Shown: piece after piece, positions 41,454 to 55,447 of the stretch
Layout of the letters: the number at the start of each line of letters is the position of its first letter
Position numbering within the stretch: position 1 is the stretch's first letter
From: Octopus vulgaris
Lineage: Eukaryota
Length of the DNA stretch: 64,000 bases
NCBI GenBank assembly: GCA_951406725.2
Contig: OX597819.1
Coordinates: 121,830,001-121,894,000, forward strand
Reading direction: 5' to 3'
The notes under the pieces: model-generated
What the model was told of the DNA's origin: nothing
What the model saw: only the letters and a program-made list of their open reading frames with translations
Databases searched by the model: none
Program-made: the position numbers and the translations under genes

Positions 41454-43211
41454 TATATATATATATATATATAAACTATCACTCCGTCGGTTGCGACGAT
41501 CAGAGTTCCAGCTAATCCAAACGATGGCCTTATCGTGAAATTACCGTTGCTGAGCACTCCATAAACATGCATACACTTATCTTAATTTCTTTGAATGAAT
41601 ATCTTAAAAGGAAACTCTCTAAGAAATCCCATCATATTCATACATACTCAAATAAATATTTGTCTGTGCTAACTACATCCCCAAGGATGGAGCCTTGTAT
41701 CTTTGCTGAAAACCGGCTCCCTCCTCAGTGGAAGATTTATAATTATTAGAAAATTGAAGATACACGCATACACACACACATACACACACACGCACACACA
41801 CACATACATAGAGAGGTTTTTGCGTATTAAAACAACCAATCATTTCATGTGGAAAGTATCTCCAGAATTTTTTCAGACAATCCTTTGAAAGTTGATAATC
41901 GCCTTAGTTGTTAACTCCCTTGCATTGGCCCTGGAATGTTGCAATAATTTGCGTTCGCTACAGATTAATAAATTCTTTAATTATCTTAAGCGTCCAAAAT
42001 CTATGAAATCACCAAACTGATTATAAGCTCAAGATCAGGTATCAAAACACACACACACACACTTGGTAATTAAGGAATTAGCAATTAATAGTGAACGCAT
42101 ATAATTGCAAAACTCCATGGCCAGTGCAGAGGAGGTAAAAATTGCTATGGGTTAGCTCCCCTGATCTGTATATTTATTTTGAAATCCTGCGTAACCTTTC
42201 GTAGTTTCGCGTCTTCTCAAACGAAACGGACGTTATTACCAGTTTCATATATTTATCCATAAATAAATGATATTTATTCACCAATGGAATGTTGAGTATT
42301 CATTCTCAGATTTCGATACTAACGTCTATATATATGTAAGTGTGTGTGTGTGTGTGTGTGTGAAGGTGCAATGGCCCAGTGGTTATGGCAGCGGTCGTGA
42401 GATCGCCTTTTCGATTCCCAGACCGGGCATTTTCAGAGTTTATTGAGCGGAAACCCCTAAAGCTCCACGAGGCTCCAGCAAGGAGTGGTGGCGAATCCTG
42501 CCGTACGCTTTCACCATTACTTTCTCTCACTCTTTCTTCTTTGTTTCTGTTGTACTTCTATTTCAATGGGTCAGCCTTGTGACACACTGTGTCACGCTGA
42601 ATTTGCCCGAGAACTTCGTTCAGGACACACAGCCACTTACACGTTACTTTTCCGAGCAGGCTATTCCGTTGATCGGATCAACTGGAACCCTTGTCGTAGT
42701 AACCGATGGAGTGCCACAACATGTGTGTGTGTGTGTGTGTTTGTTAGTTTGTTTGCACCTCCGTGACCTAGCGGTTCGGCTAAAAGACTAATAGGAAAAG
42801 CATCAAACTTAAAACATAAGTACTTAAGTCGATGTTTTTGACGAAAATCCCTTGAAGGCGCTGACCCACCATAGTCGCAGCCCAATGACTGAAAGCAGTG
42901 TTATAGAACTTACCAGCTGTAATCAAAAAGTATCCAACCTTTTTTTTATTATGCGCAAAATAACAAAGCGTGAGCAAAATCTGCATGGGTATGCACAAAG
43001 ATTTTCCTCTGCAGTGATGTGTTGGGTACAGCCTTGAAGTGTGCTGTGAGATTTTTTAAAGTCAAATTTTAAAATAAATATTACTTGTTTTTTGGCCAAA
43101 GGTCGGATAATTTTTGACTACACCTAGTATTTGTAAATTTATTGGAATTTATAAATATTATGCACAAAAATGTTTCAGAATTCAAAAATTAAAGAAATGG
43201 ATGAAATTCAG

Positions 43212-43331
43212 TTTTGCAGTTTTAAAGAACTTTATTTTACACAAAAAAACATTTCTAAAAGTTATTGTATTTCAAGTCGTACTGGTTACAGAGAACAGCC
43301 TTGCGATCATTGCTGATCTTGAAACGCAATT
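43212..43331 (-). other. Predicted terminal exon 3 of copy 3
   Basis: Acceptor tttcag|AA at 43332/43331 and AATAAA at 43236-43231. 3' end approximate. Confidence 0.55.
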
Positions 43332-44406
43332 CTGAAATATACAAAATATGAATATATATACATAGATATAAAAAAGATATAAAAATGCTTTTAAAAATCT
43401 AGAAGTTAATCTTATCTTCCAAAAATAAATCCTTGTAGGTAAAAGACTTAAATTAGAAAATTGCGATCAAGTGTCTATAGTATTTGCATAATTTACTATT
43501 TTTCTTTAGCCCTGGGCACATCGGAACTCTTAATCAATTACCATGGCATATTACTGACGAAGATCACAACATTCCATATGAACGTGACTTTGGTCCATCA
43601 CAGTATATAAGGCCAGCAATTTCCAATGACGATAGAAGCCGATACCAATAACACCACTTTATATTCATTTCTTTACTGCCCACAAAGGCTATACACAGAG
43701 GAGACAGTCAAGGACAAACAAACGGATTAAGTTTATTATATCGACCCCAGCGCGTAACTGGTACTTATGTAATCGACCCCGAAAGGATGAAAGGCAAAGT
43801 CGACCTCGGCGGAACTTGAACTCAGGACGTAGCGGCAGACGAAATACCTATTTCTTTACTACCCACAAGGGGCTAAACACGGAAGGGACAAACAAGGGAC
43901 AAACTTGAACTCAGAACGTAACGGCAGACGAAATACGGCTATGCATTTCACCCGGCGTGCTAACGATTCTGCCAGCTCGCCGCCTTGCATAATCATTTCT
44001 ACTACAGGAACAAGCTCTGCAATTTTGTGGAGGGTATTAGTCGATTGCATGAACCCCAGTATTTCACTGGTACTTATTTTATCGACCTCGAATGGATGAA
44101 AGGGTGAAGTTATACTCGGCGGAATTCGAACTCGAGTATAAACAGCCGGAACAAACAAAGCTAAGCATTTTTCGACGCTCTAAAGGGATTGATAACTCAC
44201 CGTTTTAAACGGTTTCAAATTTTGAGACAAGGCGAATCATAGAGGAGTTAATGTTTGTCCAATTTTCGTCCCTTCTATCAAAAACATTCTGACAGTTTTA
44301 CTATTACTATGGCCGCTAGGACTCTAGATCTTTCTGTAATGCGATAATTTAGAAATAAACATGTCAAACGAAATATGATAAAATGAAATATAAAGAGGTT
44401 ACTTAC

Positions 44407-44586
44407 ATTGGTTTTGACAATATGGCGGACGAATTTCGCTACATCTTTGAGTTTGGGGGTCAAAGTAAAGATTGAATTGACACGGCATGGAAGGGTATGA
44501 GTTACGCTTGAAACAGGGAATATACCTGTGGCAGTCACTAGGGTCCCGGTTCATCCCGTCTGGGTATTGGTTACAGAGAGGATCAT
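44407..44586 (-). CDS. Chitin-binding protein copy 3, exon 2
   Basis: 180 nt, AG/GT intact. DDPLCNQYPDGMNRDPSDCHRYIPCFKRNSYPSMPCQFNLYFDPQTQRCSEIRPPYCQNQ. Confidence 0.9.
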
Positions 44587-45341
44587 CTGAAGAGAAAATG
44601 TTTTAATAAAGTTTTAATGCAAGCGCGATAATTAATTTTGGTCATATCTTGATTTTTAGAAAATGTAGTCACAAGGACCATATATTATGAAATAGTATCA
44701 AATGATACAATATATACATCAGTTCACATATATACAAATGCAGATATATATTACTTCCGGTTTTCCTAGAGGAAAGACGCGTTTGCTTTTGCTCTGTGAA
44801 AAAAACAAGAAGATTTGCATAAATCGACGAAATAATCTACTAAAACTAACAAAACGTAGAACTTGTTAACTCATAACGATCTACTAAAATACATTAATTA
44901 AAAATATATTAATTAAAAACGTAATATATTTCGCTTGAAGCCAAATATAATACATTAAAGTTAGTTACGCATGCTAGATTCTTCGCCGAAAAAGCACGTG
45001 GTGGCAAGTCTTTAACTTATCTCCAACCAAATGTAAGAAGGAAAAAGAATTGTTCTCTTTTCTGTTTTGAAAGAAAACTTCTTCGTACAAGCACGAAGGT
45101 TTGGACTGTATTTTTTACGATAAGTAACGTTTTCATATTTTTGTTTATTATTTTTTATTTTCCTTTAACATCTCAGTTACGATTTACGACGCCATCTTTG
45201 TTTACATTCTGAGAATAACTTTCTTTCAATTTCTGTTTCGCTTTCAATCTATCTTTCATTTTATCTCTATAAAACTAATATTTAAAAATTCCTTTCATTT
45301 GTTTATTTTCCTGTAATTTAAGCTTACGACTGAGAAATATA

Positions 45342-48300
45342 AGAGCATGGACAATTGCTAGTGGTGATCCGCCGAACAACATCATCACTGCCGCGCTAAA
45401 CAACAATGGATTTCATAGAACCATTGACCAAATAGAGCGAAAGAAAGGTGAATTTATGCTTATAAGACCACACATCAAAACATTGGATAACATAATTGAA
45501 AAGTATTGTGGCAAGGCTGATGAGGATGTAGAGAACGAAAAAGAGAAGGAAGCCGGAAGTCTCTGTGATCCAGGAGCTCCTCAGGAAAATGGATCACCTA
45601 CCTCGGTGACCGACCAGGTAGTGAAGGATAGGGCAGCCAAGGGAGCAGAAACCGGAAGCCCCCCTGTACCAGTGGTCCAACAAAGAAATGAGAAATTAGA
45701 AAAACAGAAGAAAAAAGGAAGGACCGAAAACAAAAATAAGGAGGGAAAGGGAAGAAAAGGAAAAACGACCAAAGCTGAAACCCCGACCCACCACAAAAAC
45801 AGCAGAGAACCCCATGTGGGATCCAATGCCACCCAGTACACTTCAGGAAAGAAGAAACCTGGAAGGCACCGAAGAACCTGTAGATTCTACCTGCGGGGCA
45901 AATGTTGGCATGGGGAGGACGGCAAAAACCGCCGGTTCTCCCACCCGATAGCCCGCCAGAACTTCAGGGGACTCAAAGAAAAAAGCTTTACTGAGGGAAG
46001 GCAAGAAATGTCTCCCAGGAAAACTTTCAAAAAAGAAGTGCGCTCCTCAGATGTTCTGCGCAACGCAGCAGCTGAGCAAGAGTCTTTTTATGCATGGCAC
46101 AAAGAATTGTCCAGCAGCTAACCTGGCTACACCAAGCACAGAGAATGAACCCTGCCCACCACTATGCAAGACCACCACAGTCAACAGACAATGGATGGCC
46201 TCCAAAAACGCCTGCACAGCAATCACCCCAATACTTTCAATAATTATTGGGGGCCTATTGCATCAAAGTAGAAACAAAATTTCTTTCCTGAGAGATCTTA
46301 CTGCTTGCAATCAAGCCCTATGCATAGCACTCGTGGAAACTCACTTCAGCCCTGATATAGAAGACGCAGATGTACACATACCAAACTATGCTATACTGCG
46401 AACAGACAGAAGGGAAAGGAGCCATGGTGGAGTTGCTGTATGTGTTCGAGATGACCTGACACCCCAGGTCTTAATGACATACTCAATTTCGATATGCGAC
46501 ACTCTAATTGTATACATAAAACAACATAATATAGTCATATGCAATACATATTGCCCATCGGATGCCCCAATTCACATAGGCAAGTTTGAAGATTGCCTCA
46601 CAAGAATTTAAGAAATCCTCATGAATCTGGAACACCACGTGACCATATTTCTTATGGGTGATTTCAACTTTCCCAACGTCAAATGGCCTGAAGGTCTCAT
46701 ACTCTCAGGAATTAATCATTGCAAGCAAGTACAGGTGGAGTCCCCGCTCAACGTCACCAACGCCTTATTCATGGAGCAAGTTGTACTCAAACCAACTAGG
46801 GCGAATAACATTCTGGATCTCTGCTTCACGAACAATATGGACATCATTCATGATGTGAAAGTGACACCGACATTAGTTTCGGATCACAACATAATAGAGC
46901 TGTCTAGGTTTGGGCCAAAAGTAACCAGAGACATACAGCCTAAAGGAAGCACCCTAAATCTCTCCAATCTGAACATCCACAAAGAAGATTGGAAATCGAT
47001 CCAAAAAGAGATTCTCAGAGAGGACTGGCCGGAATGTCTCTCCACACCAGACATTGACATGAAACTAGAATGTTTCATGTCTTCTGTGCAAGCCGTATGC
47101 CAGAAATATGTCCCAGAGCACAAGGCCAAAACAACTAGGAGCAAGATTCCAAGAGACAGGAAGATCATCATAAGACGACGGACGAAGGTTGCAAATCGTC
47201 TCAACCAACATCCCAAAAGTAGCGAAACGTCCCGCCTAAAAACAACACTGATGGAGGTCGAAAAAAGGCTGCAACAATCCTACGTGAGGGAGAAAGCAGA
47301 CAAAGAAGCCTGGGTTATAAAAATCATTAAATCCGACCCAAAAGCCTTCTTTCATTACGCGAAAGAAACAGTCTCAGTGCACTACAAGATAGGACCCCTT
47401 CATCAAAAGGATTGCTCCCTCACAGACAGTCCAACAAAGATCAGTGAGATGCTGAATGACCAGTTCAAAAGTGTCTTTACCACCCCGTTGGAACACAGAC
47501 AAGTGAACGAAACAGTGGACGTCTTTGCCGCCTCACCTATAACCAGCGAGGCGGTTACAATAGAATGTATTGACATTGGCGAAAAAGATGTCCTACTAGC
47601 CATAGATGGAGTGGACACAAACACAACTGCTGTCCAGATGGTTTTCCAGCAATCCTCCTTAAAGTTTGTAAGCATGCCCTGGCAAAACCCCTCAAGATTC
47701 TCTTCCAGAGCTTTGTTGCGAATGGCAAACTGCCAAGCAAGCTGAAGGAGGGAATAATATGCCCAATACATAAACGGGGAAGTAGAGCAGATGCCAAAAA
47801 TTATAGGCCTATCTCTCTGACTTCACACATCAGCAAAGTCATGGAAAGGATAGTCAGAAAGAAACTAATCGCATTCCTTGAGGAAAATAACTTGCTGAGT
47901 GATACCCAGCATGGTTTTCGACCAGGTAGGAGCTGCCTGACCCGGCTCTTACAAAATTATGACTGGATTTTGAGGCAGTTACTCAACAAATCAAATGTGG
48001 ACGTAATCTACCTTGATTTTGCAAAAGCTTTTGACAAGGTGGATCATGGTATGATATGCCACAAACTGCGTGACCTCAGCATAGCTAGAAAACTTGAGTG
48101 TGGTTACATGACTTCCTGAAAGATAGGAGTCAGACAGTAGTGGTTAATGGAGCAACATCTATGAACACACAAATAGTGAGCGGTGTTCCACAGGGCACTG
48201 TCTTGGTGCCACTGCTTTATATAGGGGCCCTCTCAGATATACCCTCAAATGCCCGGATGGCCACTTGGCAAGCTATACAGATGATACGAAAGTCTCGCAG

Positions 48301-49131
48301 AAATACAGAACCCCAGCGATGTTGCACAACTGCAGCATCAGTTGGACTCGATCTACAGATGGGCTGAGGATAATAATATGCAGTTTAATGCTGAAAAATC
48401 CCAGGCCCTGCGCTACCAGCATACAAACCTGAATATTAAACTTACAGGATACACCGGTCCACAGGGAATTTCAACCCCAGAGCCTAAGTCTGTGAGGGAC
48501 CTGGGTATCGACATGAGTGATGATACCTCTTTCCAAGTGCACATTACCAGGACGGCGACAAAGTGCAGAAGACTGGCTGGATAGATCCTAAGAACATTCA
48601 GAACCAGAGATGAGGAAACAATGATGGCCCTCTGGCGGACATTCGTGCTTAGCCGCCTGGATATCTGCTCACAGCTATGGTCACCCACCAGTATAAAATT
48701 AACAGCGGACCTTGAAGCAATCCAAAGACGATTCACAAAGAAGATTGTCTCTTTGGACCATCTCAGCTACTGCGAGAGCTTGAATTAGCTAAGACTCTAC
48801 TCCCTGGAGAGAAAACTGGAGAGGTATGCAGTAATATACGTCTGGAAGATCCTGATAGGAATTGTGCCAAATGTTGGCATTGTAAGCTACACCAATGCTA
48901 GAACGGGACGACACTGCATAGTGCCAAAGATCCCAGCAATGCCATCACGCTTCAGGACCTGCTTCTGCAACAGCCTGGGTTTCAAGGGCCCACTGCTTTT
49001 TAATATTCTGCCAAAGAGTCTGAGGAACTTGCACAAAGTAGATGTATCGGTCTTTAAATCAAAGCTGGACATCTTCCTGTCGAGAGTACCAGATAATCCT
49101 ACCTCACGGCAAGTGGTGCAAATGAGAGTAG

Positions 49132-49133
<2 letters not shown>
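45342..49133 (+). mobile_element. CR1/L2-group LINE in intron 1 of copy 3; 3' end lost
   Basis: ORF1 with a CCCH-like CRFYLRGKCWHG motif, APE (46051-47000), RT (YLDFAKAFDKV, GVPQG). Runs directly into (CTA)n. Confidence 0.9.
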
Positions 49134-49182
<49 letters not shown>

Positions 49183-49185
49183 ATC

Positions 49186-49308
<123 letters not shown>

Positions 49309-49562
49309 GATAGTGCGCATGGGAACTGCTCATATCCTACGCAAAATACTTTTTATGTAATCTCAAGTTTTAAAACAAACAACTTTCGTATGGTTTTTTA
49401 GGCATTCACTAGTACAACACTAAGTACAAAACCAAATATATGGCACCCTAGGCATAACACCAACACGAAGTTCCAACTTGTTGTCTCTTGAGGTCTCTGG
49501 GTAAGAATTGGAGCCAGCTTGTGCAAATGTAAAGCAAAAGTCAAACATAAAATAATAATAAT

Positions 49563-49593
<31 letters not shown>

Positions 49594-49620
49594 AAAATAA
49601 AAATAATAATAGTAATAGTA

Positions 49621-49660
<40 letters not shown>

Positions 49661-49946
49661 TAATAATAATAATAATATTAATAATAATAATAAGAATAAT
49701 ATTATATAAATGCGCCCTTTTAAAGCCTAGCAAGACTCATGGGCCCGGTTTCAATGGCGTATGTGTTCCCCAGCTGGACGGCACGCCAGTCCATCGCAGC
49801 GTTACTCATTTTTGCCAGCTGAGTGGACTGGAGCAACGTGAAATGAAGTGTTTTGCTCAAGAACAGAACGCGACGCCCGGTCCAGGAATCGAAACCACAA
49901 TCTTACGATCATGGTGCTGACACCCTAAACACTAAGCCAAGCGCCT

Positions 49947-50062
<116 letters not shown>

Positions 50063-50263
50063 TATTATTATAATAATAACCCTTTCTAATCTAAGCACAA
50101 AGCCTGGAATGTTGGGGCAGGGTCCAGTCGAGTAGATTGACACCAGTACACAACTGGTACTTACTTTTTCGACCCCGAAAGGATGAAAGACTTAGTCGAC
50201 CTCGGCGGAATTTGAACCCAGAATGGATGAAATTTCACTTCACATTTTGCCCGGCGTGCTGAC

Positions 50264-51452
50264 AGGATCTAGGATGCATCACCCAAAATCTAACATACAA
50301 AGGGTATATATACAACGTATAGAAGGTGGTAGAGGCCTTATACAGCTGGAAAACTACTATAATATAACTACCATAGGACTGCAAAAATATCTACTTCAGA
50401 AGGAAGGACAACTGATACAAATAGTGGCAAAACACGAGCAAAACAAAAGACAGTTCTCAGTATTTAGGGAAGCTGAAAAATACAAACAAGAAATCATACC
50501 ACCTAACAAATATGAAAAAGAAGAAAATGAAGAAACAACAAAAGCTATAAAACAATTGAAATCCAAACTAAAACTAGAACAGCAACGAACCATGCTAAAA
50601 CGATGGCAAAAAAAGCCCCTTCATGGTAAATACTGGACTAAACTAAATGCAAAAGAAATAGACAAAGAAAAATCTCAGCAATGGTTGAGAAGCTCAGGAC
50701 TCAAAGCAGAGACAGAAGGATTTTTAATTGCAACACAAGACCAAAGCCTCCCCACCAGAAATTACCAAAGACATGTAATGAAAAGAAATCTAACAAGTAA
50801 CTGCAGAATGTGTGGAGATGGACAAGAAACAATAAATCATATTATCTCTGGCTGCCCAGTCCTGGCTAAGAAGGAATATATAATCACAGACACGACGGAG
50901 TTGGGACCTACATACACTGGAAGCTATGCCAACATTATGGAATAACAACAGAAAAAAGATGGTATAGGCACACACCAGAAAAGGTCACAGAAAACGAGAA
51001 AGCAACCATACTCTGGGATATGCCAATACACACAGATAGAGAAATTAAGGCCAACAGACCAGATATAGTTGTCAGAGATCATGAAGAAATAGATGCTTTC
51101 TAATTGTTGTGTCAATACCAGCAGATGACAACGTATCTCTAAAAGAAATGGAGAAACTTTCAAAATACAAAGACCTGGAAATAGAGGTAACCAGAATGTG
51201 GAATCTAAAAACAGAAACAATACCTATCATAACAGGTGCATTAAGCACGATAAAAAATATAGCAAAAACACCAGGACTTACAAACACATATATAACAGAA
51301 AATTGCACTACTAGGCAACCGCACACATCCTACTCAGAGCACTTTCAATACAGTAGCCATCAGAGCACCACAAATCACAACACATACCCAAGGCACACTG
51401 AGCTGCGCTCGGTAGTGAAGTGAAAGTACGCTATAAAAATAGAATTACTGAG
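50264..51452 (+). mobile_element. R4/Dong-like LINE 3' part (unit 3, best preserved)
   Basis: ORF 50223..50945 carries GGRGL, LHGKY, ETEGFLIATQDQ and CRMC..HIISGC. Confidence 0.87.
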
Positions 51453-51501
51453 TAATAATAATAATAGCAATAATGATAAATATATAGATAAAGAAACTTA
51501 C

Positions 51502-51778
51502 CGAATCTTCCTCCATAAACTGGTTTGTCGCAGTCATCATATTGGCTGCCCGACCACACACAGACTTGTTGAGATTGAGAAAACACAGTTCGAAAACCAC
51601 ATGCCATCGGTATGGGAAACATTGCATTACATAAGTAGAATTCACTGCAGTTTCTTGGTGATCGGACAAAATGTGATCCGGCTCTAATTTGTGTCTGCTG
51701 ACACAGAGTCATGATACTTTGACTGTAGACTGTTGACACTGCGATCAAGAGAATGGCGGCCACAAAACGGAACTCCAT
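51502..51778 (-). CDS. Secreted chitin-binding protein copy 3, exon 1
   Basis: 277 nt, signal peptide, six Cys, donor G|gtaagt. Confidence 0.92.
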
Positions 51779-51898
51779 TGTTGTAATTTTATCAATTATA
51801 GAATCGAACGAGAGTTAAGACGAATGGCTTGCAAAAACGCTATCACAACAGAATAGTAACCTTCTGTAAATGTGACTCAGATCCCTTCGAGTGAGCTT

Positions 51899-51907
51899 CT
51901 TATATAG
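51899..51907 (-). promoter_or_regulatory. TATA box of copy 3
   Basis: CTATATAAG at conserved spacing. Confidence 0.7.
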
Positions 51908-52224
51908 GCCTTAAATAGGGTTAGGGTGAGGTTTTGAATTAGAATTAGGTAGTAATTCAGGTTCTTTTTTTAAAATTGATCTAATATTTGGTCTTACTTC
52001 TTCAAGCTAACAGGCCCCCGCCTAACGACCGTATTAGACAACTATTTAATCTGTGTTGTCATTGTTGTAGTTGTTGACGTTGTTGTTGTTTTCCTTCTCC
52101 CCCTCCTCCTCCGCTTCCTCCCACCTTCAGATTAGTCATCAGTTATGTCAATGGTGATGAAGGAAATGGCCTTAGCGTTTTATTGATAGTTATTATTCTC
52201 TTACAATTGATACTACATACATAC

Positions 52225-52281
<57 letters not shown>

Positions 52282-52282
52282 C

Positions 52283-52323
<41 letters not shown>

Positions 52324-52535
52324 TATAAATATAAATGTATATATGTACATATATATATATTACTATATATATATGCCTGTAAGTATTTATATACATATAT
52401 GCTTATATATATGCATGTAAATATTTATATATATATGTATATATATAAATATATGTATATAAATAAATAAATCTATGTGAATATATATATACATATACAT
52501 AGATATGTATATACACACATGCACACACCCACACG

Positions 52536-52614
<79 letters not shown>

Positions 52615-52759
52615 GCACGTATAAAATAGACTTTAATTGAAGTACAATTTCACCGAAATTAAACATATCTAATGTAATAAATGTGAATGTCAGTGTGTCA
52701 CGCTTTTTCAGCTTTAATAAATCTTTTCTACTGCAAGTACATGGACTCATATTTTTCGG

Positions 52760-53343
52760 GAAGGGATTAAGTCTATTCCATCAACCCCAGTGCGTAACTG
52801 GTACTTATTTAATCGACCCTTAAAGGATGAACGACAAAGTTGACCTCGGTGGATTTCGAACGCAAAACCTAATGGCAGACGAAATACCTATTTCTTTACT
52901 ACCCACAAGGGGCTAAACACAGAGAGGACAAACAAGGACAGACAAACGGATTAAGTCGATTACACCGACCCCAGTGCGTGACTGGTACTTAATTTATCGA
53001 CCCCGAAAAGATGAAAGGCAAAGTCGACCTCGGTGGATTTCGAACGCAAAACCTAACGGCAGACGAAATACCTATTTCTTTACTACTCACAAGGGGCTAA
53101 ACACAGAGAGGACAAACGGATTAAGTCGATTACACCGACCCCAGTGCGTCACTGGTACTTAATTTATCCACCCCGAAAGGATGAAAAGCAAAGTCGACCT
53201 CGGCGGAATTTGAACTCAAATCCTAACGGCAGAGGAAATACCTATTTCTTTACTACCCACAAGGGGCTAAACACAGAGAGGACAAACAAGCACAGACAAA
53301 CGGATTAAGTCGATTATATCGACCCCATTGCGTAACTGGTACC
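52760..53343 (-). repeat. Tandem array (~170-185 bp period, ~3 units) of SINE-derived sequence
   Basis: GA.GAAATACCTATTTCTTTACTAC recurs at ~52878, ~53062 and ~53232. Confidence 0.8.
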
Positions 53344-53344
53344 A

Positions 53345-53893
53345 ATTATGTCCATGGTTGTTGAACTCAACATGTCAACGAATACAGGCTTTTCATCCAT
53401 ATTATAAATCTGGTCAGCATTCTTATCTGCTGTTAATACTGGAATGCTATCCAGATAGTCACTTGCGATTTGTGCCTTTTCTCCAAGTGTTTTATTGTTT
53501 GCTTGCCCAACATGTGTAATCTTTCTCACAGTCAGTTTATTTTGTTTCATGAAATTGAAAACCCATTCATCAGAACATCTAAAGTTCTTCATTTCAATTC
53601 CAAACCCTTTTACCAATTCAAAAGTATATTCCCGTAAACGACGATCATTTACAATTATATTGTTCGCACGCTGAGTAACAATCCACTGTAAGAGTTCACT
53701 TTGTAGATCTCTATGTGTTGGTCCTCTACATCCAACAATTGATCAGCGCTTCCTCTTGTTTGACATATTGATTAATTCAGTTCCTTTTGTGCACCATTCT
53801 CTCAATTGTTTTCTATCAATACCTAAGTACTTTGATGCAACTGACAAATTGCCAGAATGTTCTTTCACTCATTTAATAGCACTCATTTTTTCA
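53345..53893 (-). pseudogene. pogo/Tigger-like transposase fragment (HTH, CENP-B HTH, start of DDE)
   Basis: ...ASKYLGIDRKQLREW..., FRCSDEWVFNFMKQNKLTVRKIT, IYNMDEKP. Contains stops and is bounded by SINE pieces. Confidence 0.75.
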
Positions 53894-55144
53894 CTAATAG
53901 TAGGATGAAAGGCAAAGTCGATCTCGGCGGAATTTGAACACAGAACGTAACGGCAGACGAAATACCGCTATGGATTTCGCCCGGCGTGCTAACGATTCTG
54001 CCAGCTCGAACGCCTTAATATAATCTATTATATACATTGGACTTGGGCGGTCGTTGTATTCTTGTATTCTTTCTTTCTTGTCTTGAGGTTCACAGCCAAA
54101 CGGCAGGGTGGATTCGCGTGACAAATGGCACACAGATGTAGACGTTTGTATTTCTTTCCTGGCCCCCAAAGTTACCGAGAAAATCGATTAAAACCTTCTC
54201 TAATGGAAATTCCCATTCAAAGGTGATTGCGCCTGCCATTCAGCTGTGCTTTGGGCGAGTTTGATCAAACCAATTTTGTGAGATAGAGCGATTTTTTCTA
54301 CATATAATGGGGCGGGTTCGCTTTTCAAAAATTTCACTACAAAGGGAAGAAAAAATTAGGATTTTTTTTTTTTTTTTTTTCACTATTTTGCGCAAAGCTG
54401 AGAGTAAAAGAGCAGAAGGGTTTATCATTTCACATGCAGCGAGAAATTTGCAATGTATGCAAGCTGCTTCGTATCAAAAAGTGTCAATCGATTTCTGTGT
54501 TAAGGTTACATGTATGTTTGGATACTTATTAAGTCACTTAGCCTGCACAAGTTAAAATTTTGTGATCTGAGGTTCGAATACCAGCAAGCTCATATGCATT
54601 TTTGAGTTTATAGTAATTGTAGATTAAAATCAATGTGGAAAAATAATGAAAAATATTTATGCAACTATTTATGTTCTACATTGACCAAAGTCATATATAA
54701 TAAAATGGTTTTAGAGCCATTTTTGAGTTACATTCACACATTTTCATTGCACTAGAGCAGATTCATCGACTACTTCAGCTGGACAAACCGACTGAAACCA
54801 ATCTTTTCACCAAGAATTCTCACAATGCTGTTTAAAAAGTAGCTGTTTCTTTGTCGCTTTTTGGGCAAGAATTATCTTTTTCGGGTGACTGCGTTGACTT
54901 TAGTTATCTATACGCATATTGACGACTCAAGCTAACGATTGTTTGGCGTACAAGGAAAAAAACCTGACTTTAATTCAAACTATTATAACATAAAATAGAT
55001 TAACGAATGCCAAACCAATCCTGCATTCGCTTTCATTAACTTCCAATTTTATTTGCTTAACTTAACAATACGTGAAAGTATTTTTCATTTTGGCCAGCTG
55101 TGTTAACATATTTTTAAAATATAATTGCCTTCTGGGCAAAAACG

Positions 55145-55447
55145 TTGCTTGCTCCCAATACGAGACATAATAAACAATTATACTCCCGAGTTCTGCAAGC
55201 AACCATCTTGAATGGACCGGCCGCTGATCAAGATGTTCTTATAACTCCAATGTCCTTCACTCCCTCTGATACGATCTACAAGTTCAAGCGACTTCAATTT
55301 CCCATCAAACTCTGCTTTGCAATGACAATAAATAAGGCACAGGGTCAATCATTGCAAATGGTTGGTTTAAATCTGACAGAGCAAGTGTTTTTCCACGGTC
55401 AACTTTACGTTGGATGCTCCCGTGTAGTCAGGCCGCAAAGTCTATAG
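55145..55447 (+). pseudogene. Helitron PIF1-type helicase C-terminal remnant
   Basis: FKRLQFPIKLCFAMTINKAQGQSL...VFFHGQLYVGCSRV. Confidence 0.85.

Noticed and set aside
52760-53343. CRISPR-like periodic array
   Set aside because: Units are long SINE duplicates without unique spacers; eukaryotic context and no cas genes.
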